DNA of 32,000 nt from Prochlorococcus marinus subsp. pastoris str. CCMP1986 (GCF_000011465.1 NC_005072.1:570001-602000); one strand, 5' to 3'. Positions 19,700 to 29,525 are shown, counted from the stretch's first letter. The notes: generated from the sequence alone by a model not told the origin. Made by a program: numbers and translations.

Positions 19700-21682
19700 A
19701 TGACATTAGATAAGAAACATTCAATCAACAATATTCTTGAAGAAAATAGACTCTTCCCCCCTTCAAAAGAATTCTCAGATAAATCAAATATAAAAAGTTT
19801 TGAGGAATTACAAAGTTTAAAAAAACAATCTTTAGAGAACCCAACAAAATTCTGGGAATCTTTTGCAAATTCGGAAATTGATTGGTTCGAACCATTTCAG
19901 ACTGTTTTAGACCGAGAAAATGCGCCCTTTTTTAAATGGTTTAAGGAAGGTAAGTTGAATATCACTTATAACTGCTTAGATAGACATATCAAAAACGGAA
20001 TTGGGAATAAAACAGCGCTTGTATGGGAAGGCGAGCCAGGAGATAACAAGAAATATACGTATCAAGAACTTCTCAAAGAAGTATGCAAAGCTTCAAATGC
20101 TTTGAAATCTTTGGGAATAAAAAAGGGTGATTTGGTCTGTATTTATATGCCAATGATTCCTGAGGCGATGGTTGCCATGCTCGCTTGCGCGAGAATTGGA
20201 GCTCCTCATTCCGTAGTTTTTGGAGGCTTCTCCTCTGAGTCGTTAAAAGATAGGTTAATTGATGGAAATGCCAGATTTGTTATAACGGCAGATGGTGGTT
20301 TTAGAAAAGATAAGGTAATTGAGCTTAAGAAAGCTGTTGATGCGGCAATTGAAAGTGGGGCAAATAAGATTGTTGAAAAAGTTATTGTTGTTCAAAGAAC
20401 TAAAAAAGATATCTCGATGGTAAACAATAGGGATTTTTGGTGGCACGAATTATTAAAAGATCAAAAAGATTGGTGTGAACCTGAAATTATGAATAGCGAA
20501 GATAGATTGTTTGTCTTATATACTTCAGGATCCACTGGTAAACCAAAGGGTGTTGTTCATACAACTGCTGGTTATAATCTCTGGTCTCACCTTACATTCA
20601 AGTGGATTTTTGATATAAAAGATGATGATGTCTATTGGTGTACAGCAGATGTTGGGTGGATTACTGGACATAGTTATATAGTATATGGACCTTTATCCAA
20701 TGGAGCAACAACTCTTATGTTTGAAGGTGTTCCAAGGGCATCTAACTTAGGGGCTTTTTGGGAAATTATTCAAAAATACAAAGTTACTATTTTCTATACA
20801 GCGCCAACAGCGATAAGATCATTTATGAAATCTGGACGTGAAATCCCTGACCAATACGATTTAAGATCTTTGAGACTTTTGGGGACAGTTGGCGAGCCAA
20901 TTAATCCTGAAGCATGGATGTGGTATCGAGAGGTAATAGGTGATAATAAGTGTCCAATAGTAGATACATGGTGGCAAACTGAAACTGGTGGTGTGATGAT
21001 AAGCCCGTTACCAGGAGCCGTTGCTACAAAGCCAGGTTCCGCAACATTCTCTTTGCCTGGAATCGAGGTTGAAGTTGTAGATAAAAATGGAGAAAAGGTG
21101 GTGGAAAATGAGGGTGGATATTTGGTTGTTAAAAAACCTTGGCCTGGAATGATGCGTACAATTCATGAAAACTCTCAAAGATATTTAGAAAGTTATTGGG
21201 AATATATTTCTTTTAAAGGTGAAAAAAATGTTTATTTCGCTGGTGATGGGGCTCGGATTGATAATGATGGATATATTTGGATTATGGGAAGAGTTGATGA
21301 TGTTATAAGTGTTTCCGGGCATCGTTTGGGAACTATGGAGATAGAGTCCGCATTAGTAAGTCATAAATCAGTTGCGGAAGCTGCTGTTGTCGGAAGAAAA
21401 GATGATTTAAAAGGTGAGGCTATTGTTGCATTTGTATCTTTAGAAAAAGATATAAATAGTTTTCCAGAAATAGTTGAGGAGTTAAAGAAACATGTAGTTA
21501 ATGAAATTGGAATTATTGCTAAACCAGAAAAAATAATAATTTCAGATTCTCTTCCAAAAACGCGTAGTGGAAAAATAATGAGAAGAATTTTGAGATCCTT
21601 GGCAGAAGGCGAAAAAATAAGTGGAGATATTAGTACTCTTGAAGATAGTTCTGTTTTAGAAAAATTAAAGGAAATATCTTAA
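19700..21682 (+). CDS. acs: Acetyl-CoA synthetase (acetate--CoA ligase)
   Basis: [78 protein letters not shown]. Confidence 0.96.
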   Translation: MTLDKKHSINNILEENRLFPPSKEFSDKSNIKSFEELQSLKKQSLENPTKFWESFANSEIDWFEPFQTVLDRENAPFFKWFKEGKLNITYNCLDRHIKNGIGNKTALVWEGEPGDNKKYTYQELLKEVCKASNALKSLGIKKGDLVCIYMPMIPEAMVAMLACARIGAPHSVVFGGFSSESLKDRLIDGNARFVITADGGFRKDKVIELKKAVDAAIESGANKIVEKVIVVQRTKKDISMVNNRDFWWHELLKDQKDWCEPEIMNSEDRLFVLYTSGSTGKPKGVVHTTAGYNLWSHLTFKWIFDIKDDDVYWCTADVGWITGHSYIVYGPLSNGATTLMFEGVPRASNLGAFWEIIQKYKVTIFYTAPTAIRSFMKSGREIPDQYDLRSLRLLGTVGEPINPEAWMWYREVIGDNKCPIVDTWWQTETGGVMISPLPGAVATKPGSATFSLPGIEVEVVDKNGEKVVENEGGYLVVKKPWPGMMRTIHENSQRYLESYWEYISFKGEKNVYFAGDGARIDNDGYIWIMGRVDDVISVSGHRLGTMEIESALVSHKSVAEAAVVGRKDDLKGEAIVAFVSLEKDINSFPEIVEELKKHVVNEIGIIAKPEKIIISDSLPKTRSGKIMRRILRSLAEGEKISGDISTLEDSSVLEKLKEIS

Positions 21683-22401
21683 ATTGATTTATCAATCAAA
21701 TTAGATATTTGTTTGATTGTATTTCTTTTAAAATCATCGTCAGCCCAATCACCTAAGAAATTTTCTCTTAGTCCTGCGCTAGCAATAATAGTATGAGTTC
21801 CCTTAAGCTTTATTCCTTTGGAGTTATCTTCTTTTCTTGCTCTAAGACAAGAAAGTAATTTATCTGTTTGATCTAATTCATCTGAGTTGAATTTTATTAG
21901 AAAATTATTTTTTTGATTATAAGTTCTTTTGATTATTCCAAAAGTTCTTTCTGGGCTTGGGCTGAATTCACTATTGAATTCTAATTTTTGAGAAATCTTT
22001 TTTAAAAATGGTATAGATCTGTTAGCACTAAAGTTATTAAAACTTATTGATATAAATTTCTCGCAATTCCTACCTCCATCTGGAGAAATTAAGTGAAGTT
22101 TGCAACCAAGGCTATGTCCAATTCTTATTGAAGGAATTGATGTTCCGATTCTCTTTGATAAGGATCGTTGACAATTTTTAAAATCTTTCCAGGCTTTCAT
22201 TGCCAGTTCTTGATGGTCAAATTGAGGAGTGTATTTGTATGCATGTACTGCATAGTTTTTATCTATTAAGCTTTTTATAAATCTTTTGTAAGTTAAATCT
22301 GGTTTAGATGCTAAATAACTGCCTCCAATAAATTCTATAATTTTTTTGGGATTTGAAGGCCAATAACAGTAATTATTAAATTGATATTTTGTAAAAGTCA
22401 T
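21679..22401 (-). CDS. DUF1350 family protein (alpha/beta-hydrolase-like)
   Basis: [41 protein letters not shown] ... [14 protein letters not shown] is typical of the cyanobacterial/plant DUF1350 family. Confidence 0.8.
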   Translation of the reverse strand: MTFTKYQFNNYCYWPSNPKKIIEFIGGSYLASKPDLTYKRFIKSLIDKNYAVHAYKYTPQFDHQELAMKAWKDFKNCQRSLSKRIGTSIPSIRIGHSLGCKLHLISPDGGRNCEKFISISFNNFSANRSIPFLKKISQKLEFNSEFSPSPERTFGIIKRTYNQKNNFLIKFNSDELDQTDKLLSCLRARKEDNSKGIKLKGTHTIIASAGLRENFLGDWADDDFKRNTIKQISNLIDKSI

Positions 22402-22536
22402 TTAATATTCTAAATTCAAACTATTAGGTTGATTTCTAACAAGATTTAGTTTTTTTTCGTAATTTGGTTAATTATCATTAATTTAAAAGAAAATAATATC
22501 AAATGCGTCAAAATACAATAGATGCTTTTTTGATAA

Positions 22537-23349
22537 TTGGAACTACCAAACAAAAAAAAGATAAATCAATTGGATTTTCTTAATAATGAAATTAAAAATA
22601 ATGATAATGAGAAACCCAATTTTTTAAATAAATCAATCTCAAGCTCCAAAAATAATAATAAAAATCAATCAATAGAAAATATTTTAATTCTTGATACTGA
22701 GACGACTGGCTTAGATGAAAATAAAGATGAAATTATTGAGGTAGGTTGCATTTTATTTAATGTAAATACTAAATCTGTTCTCTCGCAGGTTTCGTTCTTA
22801 TTCCCAGTAAGTTCAAATGAAGCTGAACACGTTAATGGGATTTCTGCAGAAGTTACTAATATTAAACAACCTTGGGAGGACGGCTTAAATTTCTTTTTAA
22901 AACTTGTGGATTGTTCAGATTTAATAGTTGCTCATAATGTTGAATTTGATAAAAAATGGTTTGGAAAGGGCAGATTGCCCAAGCTCGAAAAAAAATGGAT
23001 TTGTAGTTTAGAGGATATTAATTGGTCATTTCAAAAAAACTTAAAAAATAGACCATCAGTTACTGATCTTGCACTTTCTTTTTCAATACCAGTTTGGAGC
23101 TTACATCGGGCCTTATCAGATTGCTTTTATATTTCGGAGGTTTTCAAAAAATGTGAGAATTTAGAAGAACTTCTTTGTAAAGCGACTGAGCCAAGATTTT
23201 TATATAAAGCATTAGTGAGTTATGAAGAGAGATCATTAGCAAAGAAGGCAGGATTCCTCTGGAATAATCCTAAGCAAGGTGCTTGGGCTAAAAAATTAAC
23301 AGTCGAAGAAGCAAATAGTCTTGATTTTAAAGTGCAAATATTGGATTAA
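22537..23349 (+). CDS. 3'-5' exonuclease, DnaQ/DNA polymerase III epsilon-like (DEDDh)
   Basis: ILILDTETTGLDENKDEIIEVGCI (ExoI), LIVAHNVEFDKKWF (ExoII), SLHRALSDCFYISEVF (ExoIII with DEDDh His). TTG start after a low-complexity Asn-rich N-terminus; start uncertain. Confidence 0.85.
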   Translation: MELPNKKKINQLDFLNNEIKNNDNEKPNFLNKSISSSKNNNKNQSIENILILDTETTGLDENKDEIIEVGCILFNVNTKSVLSQVSFLFPVSSNEAEHVNGISAEVTNIKQPWEDGLNFFLKLVDCSDLIVAHNVEFDKKWFGKGRLPKLEKKWICSLEDINWSFQKNLKNRPSVTDLALSFSIPVWSLHRALSDCFYISEVFKKCENLEELLCKATEPRFLYKALVSYEERSLAKKAGFLWNNPKQGAWAKKLTVEEANSLDFKVQILD

Positions 23350-23378
23350 TATTTCAGCTCTTTAAAATTGAAAAACCT

Positions 23379-23792
23379 TTAGTGCATTTTACAGGGCATC
23401 CATTTTTTACCCATTTTATGCGCACCTATACATCCATATTCTGATGAAGCTTTTTCGGCATCCTCTTTTGTTTTAAAAAGGCCTGCATCATTAATATTTG
23501 AAGTCTTCTTTGAAGGAATGTGATGCTCATGGCCATGTGATTTAGGAGAATATTCCCATAATCCCATAGTTGTTATTCCAGCAGAAATTATTCCCATGCC
23601 AACTACGGATAAATTTACTATTCCCATAGCAACAGCACCAAAAGAAAAAACACCCATTGGGACTACCCCAATACTAATAACGCCCATTGGGACAATTCCA
23701 ATAGAAACGATACCTAAGGGAGCAATGCCGAAGGCAAATTTTTTTGGTTTTGTTCCACAATGCTGACTCTCTTTATTAGTTGTTATTCCCAA
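23379..23792 (-). CDS. Small protein with tandem glycine-centred hydrophobic pentads and a His/Cys-containing DUF3721-like C-terminus
   Basis: ORF on minus strand: AFGIAPLGIVSIGIVPMGVISIGVVPMGVFSFGAVAMGIV...TMGLW followed by HGHEHH and LFKTKEDAEKASSEYGCIGAHKMGKKWMPCKMH. The C-terminus resembles cyanobacterial DUF3721. TTG start. Confidence 0.65.
   Translation of the reverse strand: MGITTNKESQHCGTKPKKFAFGIAPLGIVSIGIVPMGVISIGVVPMGVFSFGAVAMGIVNLSVVGMGIISAGITTMGLWEYSPKSHGHEHHIPSKKTSNINDAGLFKTKEDAEKASSEYGCIGAHKMGKKWMPCKMH
23556..23735 (-). repeat. Coding tandem repeat: 12 x 5-aa units (15 nt), with a 10-aa (30 nt) higher-order period
   Basis: Units AFGIA PLGIV SIGIV PMGVI SIGVV PMGVF SFGAV AMGIV NLSVV GMGII SAGIT TMGLW; glycine at the third position in 11 of 12 units. 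Confidence 0.9.
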
Positions 23793-23890
23793 TATTTTGT
23801 ATGAATGTTAGATTAAATTATGACATAAAGAAATTCAGCAAAATTTAATTTCTATTTAAATTAAAAAATTTTGAATTATTATTTAGAACT

Positions 23891-25180
23891 TTGAATAACT
23901 TTAAAAATCTTAGAGGAACAGTAGATCTTTTACCTGATCAATTAATAAAGTGGCAAAATGTCGAGAAAATAATAATACAACAACTTTTTAGGTCTTCTGT
24001 AAAGGAAATTAGGACTCCAATACTAGAAATGACTGAATTATTTATGCGTGGTATTGGTGAAGGAACCGATGTTGTTAGCAAAGAGATGTATACATTTTTA
24101 GATAGAGGTGAAAGGTCCTGTACATTAAGACCAGAGGGTACTGCTTCAGTCGCAAGAGCATTAATACAACATGGAATATCAACTAGACCTTCTCAGAAAC
24201 TTTGGTACATGGGACCAATGTTTAGATATGAGAGACCTCAAGCAGGGAGGCAAAGACAATTTCATCAGTTAGGAGTTGAATTTATCGGTTATGAATCTGT
24301 AAATAGTGATATTGAAATTATTACTTTGGCTTGGGATATTTTGCAGAAATTAGGAATTAAAGAACTTAATCTTGAAATTAATACCTTAGGGGATCATATT
24401 GATAGGTCAAATTTTCAAAAGGCATTTTTAAAATGGTTAGAGGTTAATAAAAACTCTTTAGATTTAGATTCTCAAAGGAGAATAGATAAGAATCCTTTGA
24501 GAATTTTAGATACTAAGAATGTTCAAACAAAACAAATTCTTAAAGGTGCTCCCAGATTATTTGACTTTTTGTCTGAAAAAAGTCTCGAGAGATATTTAAT
24601 TATTAAAGAAAAATTAAAGCTTCTTAAAATACCGTTTATCGAAAATTTCAATTTAGTAAGAGGTTTAGACTATTACACACATACTGCATTTGAAATTACC
24701 ACCGGAACATTAGGTTCACAAGCTACAGTATGCGGAGGAGGAAGATATGATAGTTTGATTAGTCAAATGGGCGGGGCAGAAACTCCAGCAATTGGATTTG
24801 CAATTGGATTAGAAAGACTAATAATATTATGTGGTAGCGAGCTTGAAGAAACTAGAGAAACAGATATTTATATTGTGAATAAAGGTATTCATGCTGAAAT
24901 ATTGGCAATGGAATTATCCAGAAAGCTAAGAAATTATGATTTAGTAGTCGAATTAGATCTTAGTGGAGCATCATTTTCAAAGCAATTTAAAAAAGCTAAT
25001 AAATTAAAATCAAAAAGTATTATTGTAATTGGAGATGATGAAGCAGTAAAAAATGAATTTGTTATTAGGCTTTTTAATAATGATAATTCAGTAAATAAAG
25101 AAGAAACTATATCAATTGAAGATAATATGAAATTAGAGAAGTGGATAAAAAGTAATTTAATTTTAGATAAAAACCTTTAG
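23891..25180 (+). CDS. hisS: Histidyl-tRNA synthetase
   Basis: LRGTVDLLPDQ, class II motif 2 TLRPEGTASVARA, MGPMFRYERPQAGRQRQFHQLGVE, LVRGLDYYTHTAFE, GGRYDSLI; TTG start. Confidence 0.95.
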   Translation: MNNFKNLRGTVDLLPDQLIKWQNVEKIIIQQLFRSSVKEIRTPILEMTELFMRGIGEGTDVVSKEMYTFLDRGERSCTLRPEGTASVARALIQHGISTRPSQKLWYMGPMFRYERPQAGRQRQFHQLGVEFIGYESVNSDIEIITLAWDILQKLGIKELNLEINTLGDHIDRSNFQKAFLKWLEVNKNSLDLDSQRRIDKNPLRILDTKNVQTKQILKGAPRLFDFLSEKSLERYLIIKEKLKLLKIPFIENFNLVRGLDYYTHTAFEITTGTLGSQATVCGGGRYDSLISQMGGAETPAIGFAIGLERLIILCGSELEETRETDIYIVNKGIHAEILAMELSRKLRNYDLVVELDLSGASFSKQFKKANKLKSKSIIVIGDDEAVKNEFVIRLFNNDNSVNKEETISIEDNMKLEKWIKSNLILDKNL

Positions 25181-25184
25181 AGTA

Positions 25185-25439
25185 ATGAAAATCATTTTAT
25201 TAGTCTTTTTTTTTATTATGTTCTCATTTATATTTTTGAAATTTTATAAATATAAAAAAGCTTTTAAAAAAGATAAAAGTATTAAATTTAATAAAAGTAA
25301 TCTGTACAACTGGATGAATTTGACAAAAAAAGAAAGATTTGATTTATCAAAAAAAGAATCTAATTCATACTTAAAAAAAAGGAAAACTTTATTAGAAGAA
25401 ATTAGAAAAGAATATAAAATTATTTCTAAAAATGATTAA
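25185..25439 (+). CDS. Small predicted membrane-anchored hypothetical protein
   Basis: 84-aa ORF, one N-terminal hydrophobic helix (IILLVFFFIMFSFIFLKF) followed by a Lys-rich soluble tail; 4 nt downstream of hisS. Confidence 0.55.
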   Translation: MKIILLVFFFIMFSFIFLKFYKYKKAFKKDKSIKFNKSNLYNWMNLTKKERFDLSKKESNSYLKKRKTLLEEIRKEYKIISKND

Positions 25440-25465
25440 AAAAAGTTTATAAGTTTTTAATATTC

Positions 25466-25768
25466 GTGGAAATTTACTGGACTTCTAATAAAGCTATTAA
25501 TGGATTAAGACATTTTGTTTTAGTAAATAAAATTAATGAGCAAAATCAAATTAATTTTTTGATGGTTTCTGTTGTTGATGTAGAAATAAGTTTAAAAATC
25601 TCAAATGAGGAATTGTTAAATAGTGGGAATTGGAGTGAAGGATGGTTAAATCTTCCTAAAAGTAAAGCGATTACTAAAGATTATTCAGATTACAAATTAA
25701 GTAATAATTCAAAAGAAGACATTGAAAAAATCTTTGTTAAAAATGATTCTTTATTCGATATAACTTAA
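25466..25768 (+). CDS. Conserved hypothetical protein, TIGR02450-like (Trp-rich) family
   Basis: IYWTSNKAINGLRHFVLV ... WSEGWLNLPKS fits the WT..N..RHF ... W..GW pattern as I recall it. Confidence 0.55.
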   Translation: MEIYWTSNKAINGLRHFVLVNKINEQNQINFLMVSVVDVEISLKISNEELLNSGNWSEGWLNLPKSKAITKDYSDYKLSNNSKEDIEKIFVKNDSLFDIT

Positions 25769-25903
25769 TTTGAGATAAAAAATAAAGTCAAAAATATCCA
25801 TAAAAACTGTATTCTTAACAATCAAATAATTATTTTAAACTTTTCTCCCCTTTCAAAGTAATAAAATAAACGTTATCAAGGATTAATAATATTTAATAAG
25901 TCA

Positions 25904-26140
25904 ATGTTAGAAAATATATGGCACCCATCTTATTCTGCTGCTGAGTATTTAGGCATAACTGAAATTAAACTTTCCCATCTAAGGGAGAATGGCTATTTTA
26001 AACCTGGAATACATTGGAAAAGCTCTCCTCTTGGACAAAAAAAACCCTGGAATCCAGAGGTTCTTTACAATTCAATATTATGTAGAAAAATAATGGATGA
26101 ATTTTATTCTGAAGAAAAAAATGACCAATATGCAGCTTAA
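25904..26140 (+). CDS. Small conserved hypothetical protein, possibly HTH/MerR-like fold
   Basis: 78-aa ORF: WHPSYSAAEYLGITEIKLSHLRENGYFKPGIHWKSSPLGQKKPWNPEVL resembles a small DNA-binding 'AA.LG....L..LR..G....G.HW' pattern. Confidence 0.5.
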   Translation: MLENIWHPSYSAAEYLGITEIKLSHLRENGYFKPGIHWKSSPLGQKKPWNPEVLYNSILCRKIMDEFYSEEKNDQYAA

Positions 26141-26194
26141 TTTTTTAATCATTTAAAACCTGTTAAGAATTAAAAATTAATTCTAAGTAAGCCA

Positions 26195-26371
26195 TTATTT
26201 TACTAAATTTTCATCCTCACAATCAATTAAAGTGCTTTGAAGTATTGGATATAGGTTGAGCATATTTATATATTGATCTGATTTGCGATAAGACTTGGCA
26301 GCTTTTTTGTAATGCCCTTGTGATTTCATTTCTAGTGAAATTTTTCTAGATGTTCTTTGGGAAGTTGTCAT
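26195..26371 (-). CDS. Possible 58-aa small protein
   Basis: Hand-translated minus-strand ORF absent from the supplied track: MTTSQRTSRKISLEMKSQGHYKKAAKSYRKSDQYINMLNLYPILQSTLIDCEDENLVK*. It lies between a plus-strand gene and the long pcbA upstream region. Confidence 0.4.
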   Translation of the reverse strand: MTTSQRTSRKISLEMKSQGHYKKAAKSYRKSDQYINMLNLYPILQSTLIDCEDENLVK

Positions 26372-26690
26372 AAGTATCGTTACCTTATCCCTTTTTTAGT
26401 AATTGTTAGATCATGGGTCAATAATGTATTTGTTTTTATTACACAAAAAATTGCTTATGTCAGCAAAAAAAGATTTATAAAAATTTGAATTTCTTTGAAA
26501 ATGCAATAAAAACTTGGCTTAATTAATTAATTTTTCGATTAAAACTATGTTCTTTGCGCATGAAAATCCTAATTAAATTTAGCTTCCCTGTAAGTCCCTA
26601 GAATTAATAACCTTTACAATTTTGTTATTAATTCATCCGTTTGATGAAATATAAAGTATTCTCAAAACGTTTAAGCTAATCAATTCCTAA

Positions 26691-27749
26691 ATGCAAACCT
26701 ATGGTAATCCAGACACCACCTATGGATGGTGGGCTGGTAATTCAGGTGTAGCTAATCGCTCAGGAAAATTTATCGCTGCTCATGTCGCTCATGCAGGGTT
26801 AATTGTTTTTTGGGCCGGTGCTTTCACTCTTTTCGAACTATCAAGATTTGACCCCAGTGTCCCAATGGGTCAACAACCTCTTATTGCACTTCCTCACTTG
26901 GCTACCCTTGGAATAGGGTTTGATGCTGATGGAGTTCTAATGGGAGATACCAAACCTGTACTAGCTATAGCTATTGTTCACTTGGTTTCCTCTATGGTAC
27001 TTGCAGCTGGTGGATTACTTCACTCGCTACTTCTTCCAGGAAATCTTGAAGAATCAGAAGTCGCAAAGGCAAGGAAATTCAATATTGAATGGGATAATCC
27101 AGATAAATTAACTTTCATTCTTGGACATCATTTAATTATTCTTGGATTCGCTGTAATTCTTCTTGTTGAATGGGCAAGAGTTCATGGAGTCTACGATCCA
27201 GCTATTGGTGCCGTGAGACAAGTTGAGTATGATCTAAACCTTGCTGAGATTTGGAATCATCAAACAGATTTTCTACTAATAGATGATTTAGAGGATGTTA
27301 TGGGAGGTCATGCTTTCCTTGCATTTGTCTTGATTACAGGTGGTGCTTGGCACATTGCTACAAAGCAAGTTGGTGAATATACCAAATTTAAAGGTAAAGG
27401 TCTTCTATCTGCAGAAGCAGTTCTTTCATGGTCTTTAGCAGGTATTGGTTGGATGGCAATTATTGCTGCCTTCTGGAGCGCATCAAATACAACAGTTTAT
27501 CCTGTTGAGTTTTTTGGTGAACCACTTGAATTGAAATTTAGTATTTCTCCATATTGGATTGATACTGTTGACCTTCCTGATGGTGTTTATACATCAAGGG
27601 CATGGTTAGCAAATGTACATTACTACTTTGGTTTCTTCTTTATTCAAGGTCATCTATGGCACGCACTAAGAGCCTTAGGATTTGACTTTAAGAGAGTTAC
27701 AAATGCTATCAGTAATATTGATAGTGCTACGGTTACTCTTAAAGATTAA
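26691..27749 (+). CDS. pcbA: Divinyl chlorophyll a/b light-harvesting protein Pcb (IsiA/CP43-like six-helix antenna)
   Basis: [36 protein letters not shown] ... [17 protein letters not shown] ... [25 protein letters not shown] ... [27 protein letters not shown] ... [29 protein letters not shown]; 352 aa. Confidence 0.95.
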   Translation: MQTYGNPDTTYGWWAGNSGVANRSGKFIAAHVAHAGLIVFWAGAFTLFELSRFDPSVPMGQQPLIALPHLATLGIGFDADGVLMGDTKPVLAIAIVHLVSSMVLAAGGLLHSLLLPGNLEESEVAKARKFNIEWDNPDKLTFILGHHLIILGFAVILLVEWARVHGVYDPAIGAVRQVEYDLNLAEIWNHQTDFLLIDDLEDVMGGHAFLAFVLITGGAWHIATKQVGEYTKFKGKGLLSAEAVLSWSLAGIGWMAIIAAFWSASNTTVYPVEFFGEPLELKFSISPYWIDTVDLPDGVYTSRAWLANVHYYFGFFFIQGHLWHALRALGFDFKRVTNAISNIDSATVTLKD

Positions 27750-27771
27750 ATTTTAGTCACTAATAAATATT

Positions 27772-27800
27772 AAAAGGCCTCAATTAATGAGGCCTTTTTT
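27772..27800 (+). terminator. Rho-independent-type terminator downstream of pcbA
   Basis: AAAAGGCCTC-AATTAAT-GAGGCCTTTTTT: perfect 10-bp stem (27772-27781 / 27789-27798), 7-nt loop, run of 6 T. Confidence 0.93.
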
Positions 27801-27855
27801 ATTTGATAAATTTTATCTATTAAATTAGATTTAAAAAGTATTAAGTTTAAAATAG

Positions 27856-29229
27856 TTGAATATTTCTCTCCTACAAAATCAAAATATTTTTTCAAATTCC
27901 ATTTCAATAAGTTTAATAGGATTTTTTGTAATCGGTTTTTTCTTGATTTTTGGAAGGAAATTTAAATTTGCTGTTCAATTAGAAAGATTTGGATTACCCA
28001 TAGCTGTTATTTCTGGAATTGTAGGAATATCGATAGGTCCCTATGGATTAATTAATATTTTATCTAAGGAGACTACAAATGTTTGGAGTAATTTTCCTAC
28101 TCCTCTATTATCTCTAGTGTTTGCGACATTAATGATGGGAAGGCCAATCCCAAATATTAATGGTTTAATTAGACCCATTGTCAATCAGTTTTTGTTGGCT
28201 CTCTCATTGGGCTTTGGTCAATTTCTTGTAGGAGGATTAGTAGTCAAATACTTATTGTCTCCTTCTATGGAAACAAATCCTTTAATGGGATGTTTAATAG
28301 AGGTTGGTTTTGAGGGAGGTCATGGTGCTGCAACTATTATTGGAGAAAGTTTTAACAAACTTGGATTCTCAGATGGCTTAGACTTAGGTCTTGCCATGGC
28401 TACAATGGGACTTTTATCCTCTTCCTTATTGGGTAGTTTTTTTATTTTTGTAGGAAGAACTTTAGGAATTTCAGATACAGAGCAGATCGTTGATAAAACG
28501 GATAATGAAAATCCAAATCTGAAAATAGGCATTTTTTCAGATTTGAGAATTTTATTAATAAATCTTGGCTTTGTTGGGTTGGCAATTTCTTTTGGAGTCT
28601 CGATACTTAAGCTTTTAAGGTATATTTCAAACTACTTTGGTGAATTCTCAAAAGAAGTAATCCTATCTCTTCCTGTATTCCCACTTATTCTTATAGGATC
28701 ACTTTTGATTCGATATATCTTAGAAAAAACCAATAATACAGAATTTGTATCTAATCTTCTTCAAAGAGAAATTGGCATCTTGTCCACAGATTTATTAATT
28801 TTTACAGCAATGGCAAGTTTAGATATTGCTACTGTTCTTGATAATTGGAGATTGATTTTGGTACTTACTATTTTTGGTTTGATTTGGAATTTAATTTGTA
28901 TTGCTTATTTCGCATACTTTGTATTTGAAAAACATTGGTTTGAGAGAAGTTTAATAGAATTTGGAAATTCAACTGGAGTAGTTGCATCTGGACTACTTCT
29001 TTTAAGACTCGCTGATCCAAAAAATATTTCTAAAACACTTCCGATTTTTACATCAAAGCAACTTTTTGCTCAGTTAATCTTATCAGGAGGATTTTTTACA
29101 GTATTAGCTCCATTATTGATCTCAAAAATAGGATTAGATTTTTGGACAGAGATTTGTGCATCAATAACTCTTTTTACTATTTTGGTTGCATTCTTTTTTA
29201 ACAAAAGGTTTTCTACAAGTTATCAATAA
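27856..29229 (+). CDS. Sodium/glutamate symporter (GltS) family transporter
   Basis: Multi-TM protein with GPYGLINIL, FATLMMGRPIPN, GFEGGHGAATIIGESFNKLGFSDGLDLGLAMATMGLL and NSTGVVASGLLLLRLADP, consistent with the GltS family. Confidence 0.85.
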   Translation: MNISLLQNQNIFSNSISISLIGFFVIGFFLIFGRKFKFAVQLERFGLPIAVISGIVGISIGPYGLINILSKETTNVWSNFPTPLLSLVFATLMMGRPIPNINGLIRPIVNQFLLALSLGFGQFLVGGLVVKYLLSPSMETNPLMGCLIEVGFEGGHGAATIIGESFNKLGFSDGLDLGLAMATMGLLSSSLLGSFFIFVGRTLGISDTEQIVDKTDNENPNLKIGIFSDLRILLINLGFVGLAISFGVSILKLLRYISNYFGEFSKEVILSLPVFPLILIGSLLIRYILEKTNNTEFVSNLLQREIGILSTDLLIFTAMASLDIATVLDNWRLILVLTIFGLIWNLICIAYFAYFVFEKHWFERSLIEFGNSTGVVASGLLLLRLADPKNISKTLPIFTSKQLFAQLILSGGFFTVLAPLLISKIGLDFWTEICASITLFTILVAFFFNKRFSTSYQ

Positions 29230-29267
29230 TAAATTAGGTTAGTATAAAAATATATTTTTCTTGATTT

Positions 29268-29525
29268 ATGTCCTACACACCATATGATATTCCTCCTCAA
29301 GAAAGTAAAGAAAAATGGTTTAGGAGTCACTTGCTTGGAAGAGAAGTTGAACTAGGTGAATTATATAGTCTTGGATTTAACGAACTGGATTTGATTATGG
29401 CTGAAACTGCAGAAATTAGAAGTGATATTGAATTTAAAGAAAAAAATATTGGAAAATTTAGAACAGCAGGATATTTTTTAGAATTAGCCAGAATTATTGA
29501 AAAAAGAAAATTACTTGAAAGCTAA
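29268..29525 (+). CDS. Small conserved hypothetical protein
   Basis: 85-aa ORF MSYTPYDIPPQESKEKWFRSHLLGREVELGELYSLGFNELDLIMAETAEIRSDIEFKEKN..., good coding character. Confidence 0.7.
   Translation: MSYTPYDIPPQESKEKWFRSHLLGREVELGELYSLGFNELDLIMAETAEIRSDIEFKEKNIGKFRTAGYFLELARIIEKRKLLES

Noticed and set aside
23556-23735. CRISPR-like or intergenic tandem repeat
   Set aside because: The repetition is codon-phased (15/30 nt) inside an open frame and degenerate at the DNA level, so it is a protein repeat and not an array.
26691-27749. Possible psbC (CP43) or iron-stress isiA label
   Set aside because: At 352 aa it is shorter than CP43, and the [18 protein letters not shown] start and C-terminal ...[19 protein letters not shown] fit Pcb better than PsbC. 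The Pcb/IsiA family is shared, but the inferred host supports pcbA.
28320-28532. Minus-strand ORF of 70 aa
   Set aside because: Antisense to the GltS-family gene; composition looks like a mirror of a membrane protein gene.
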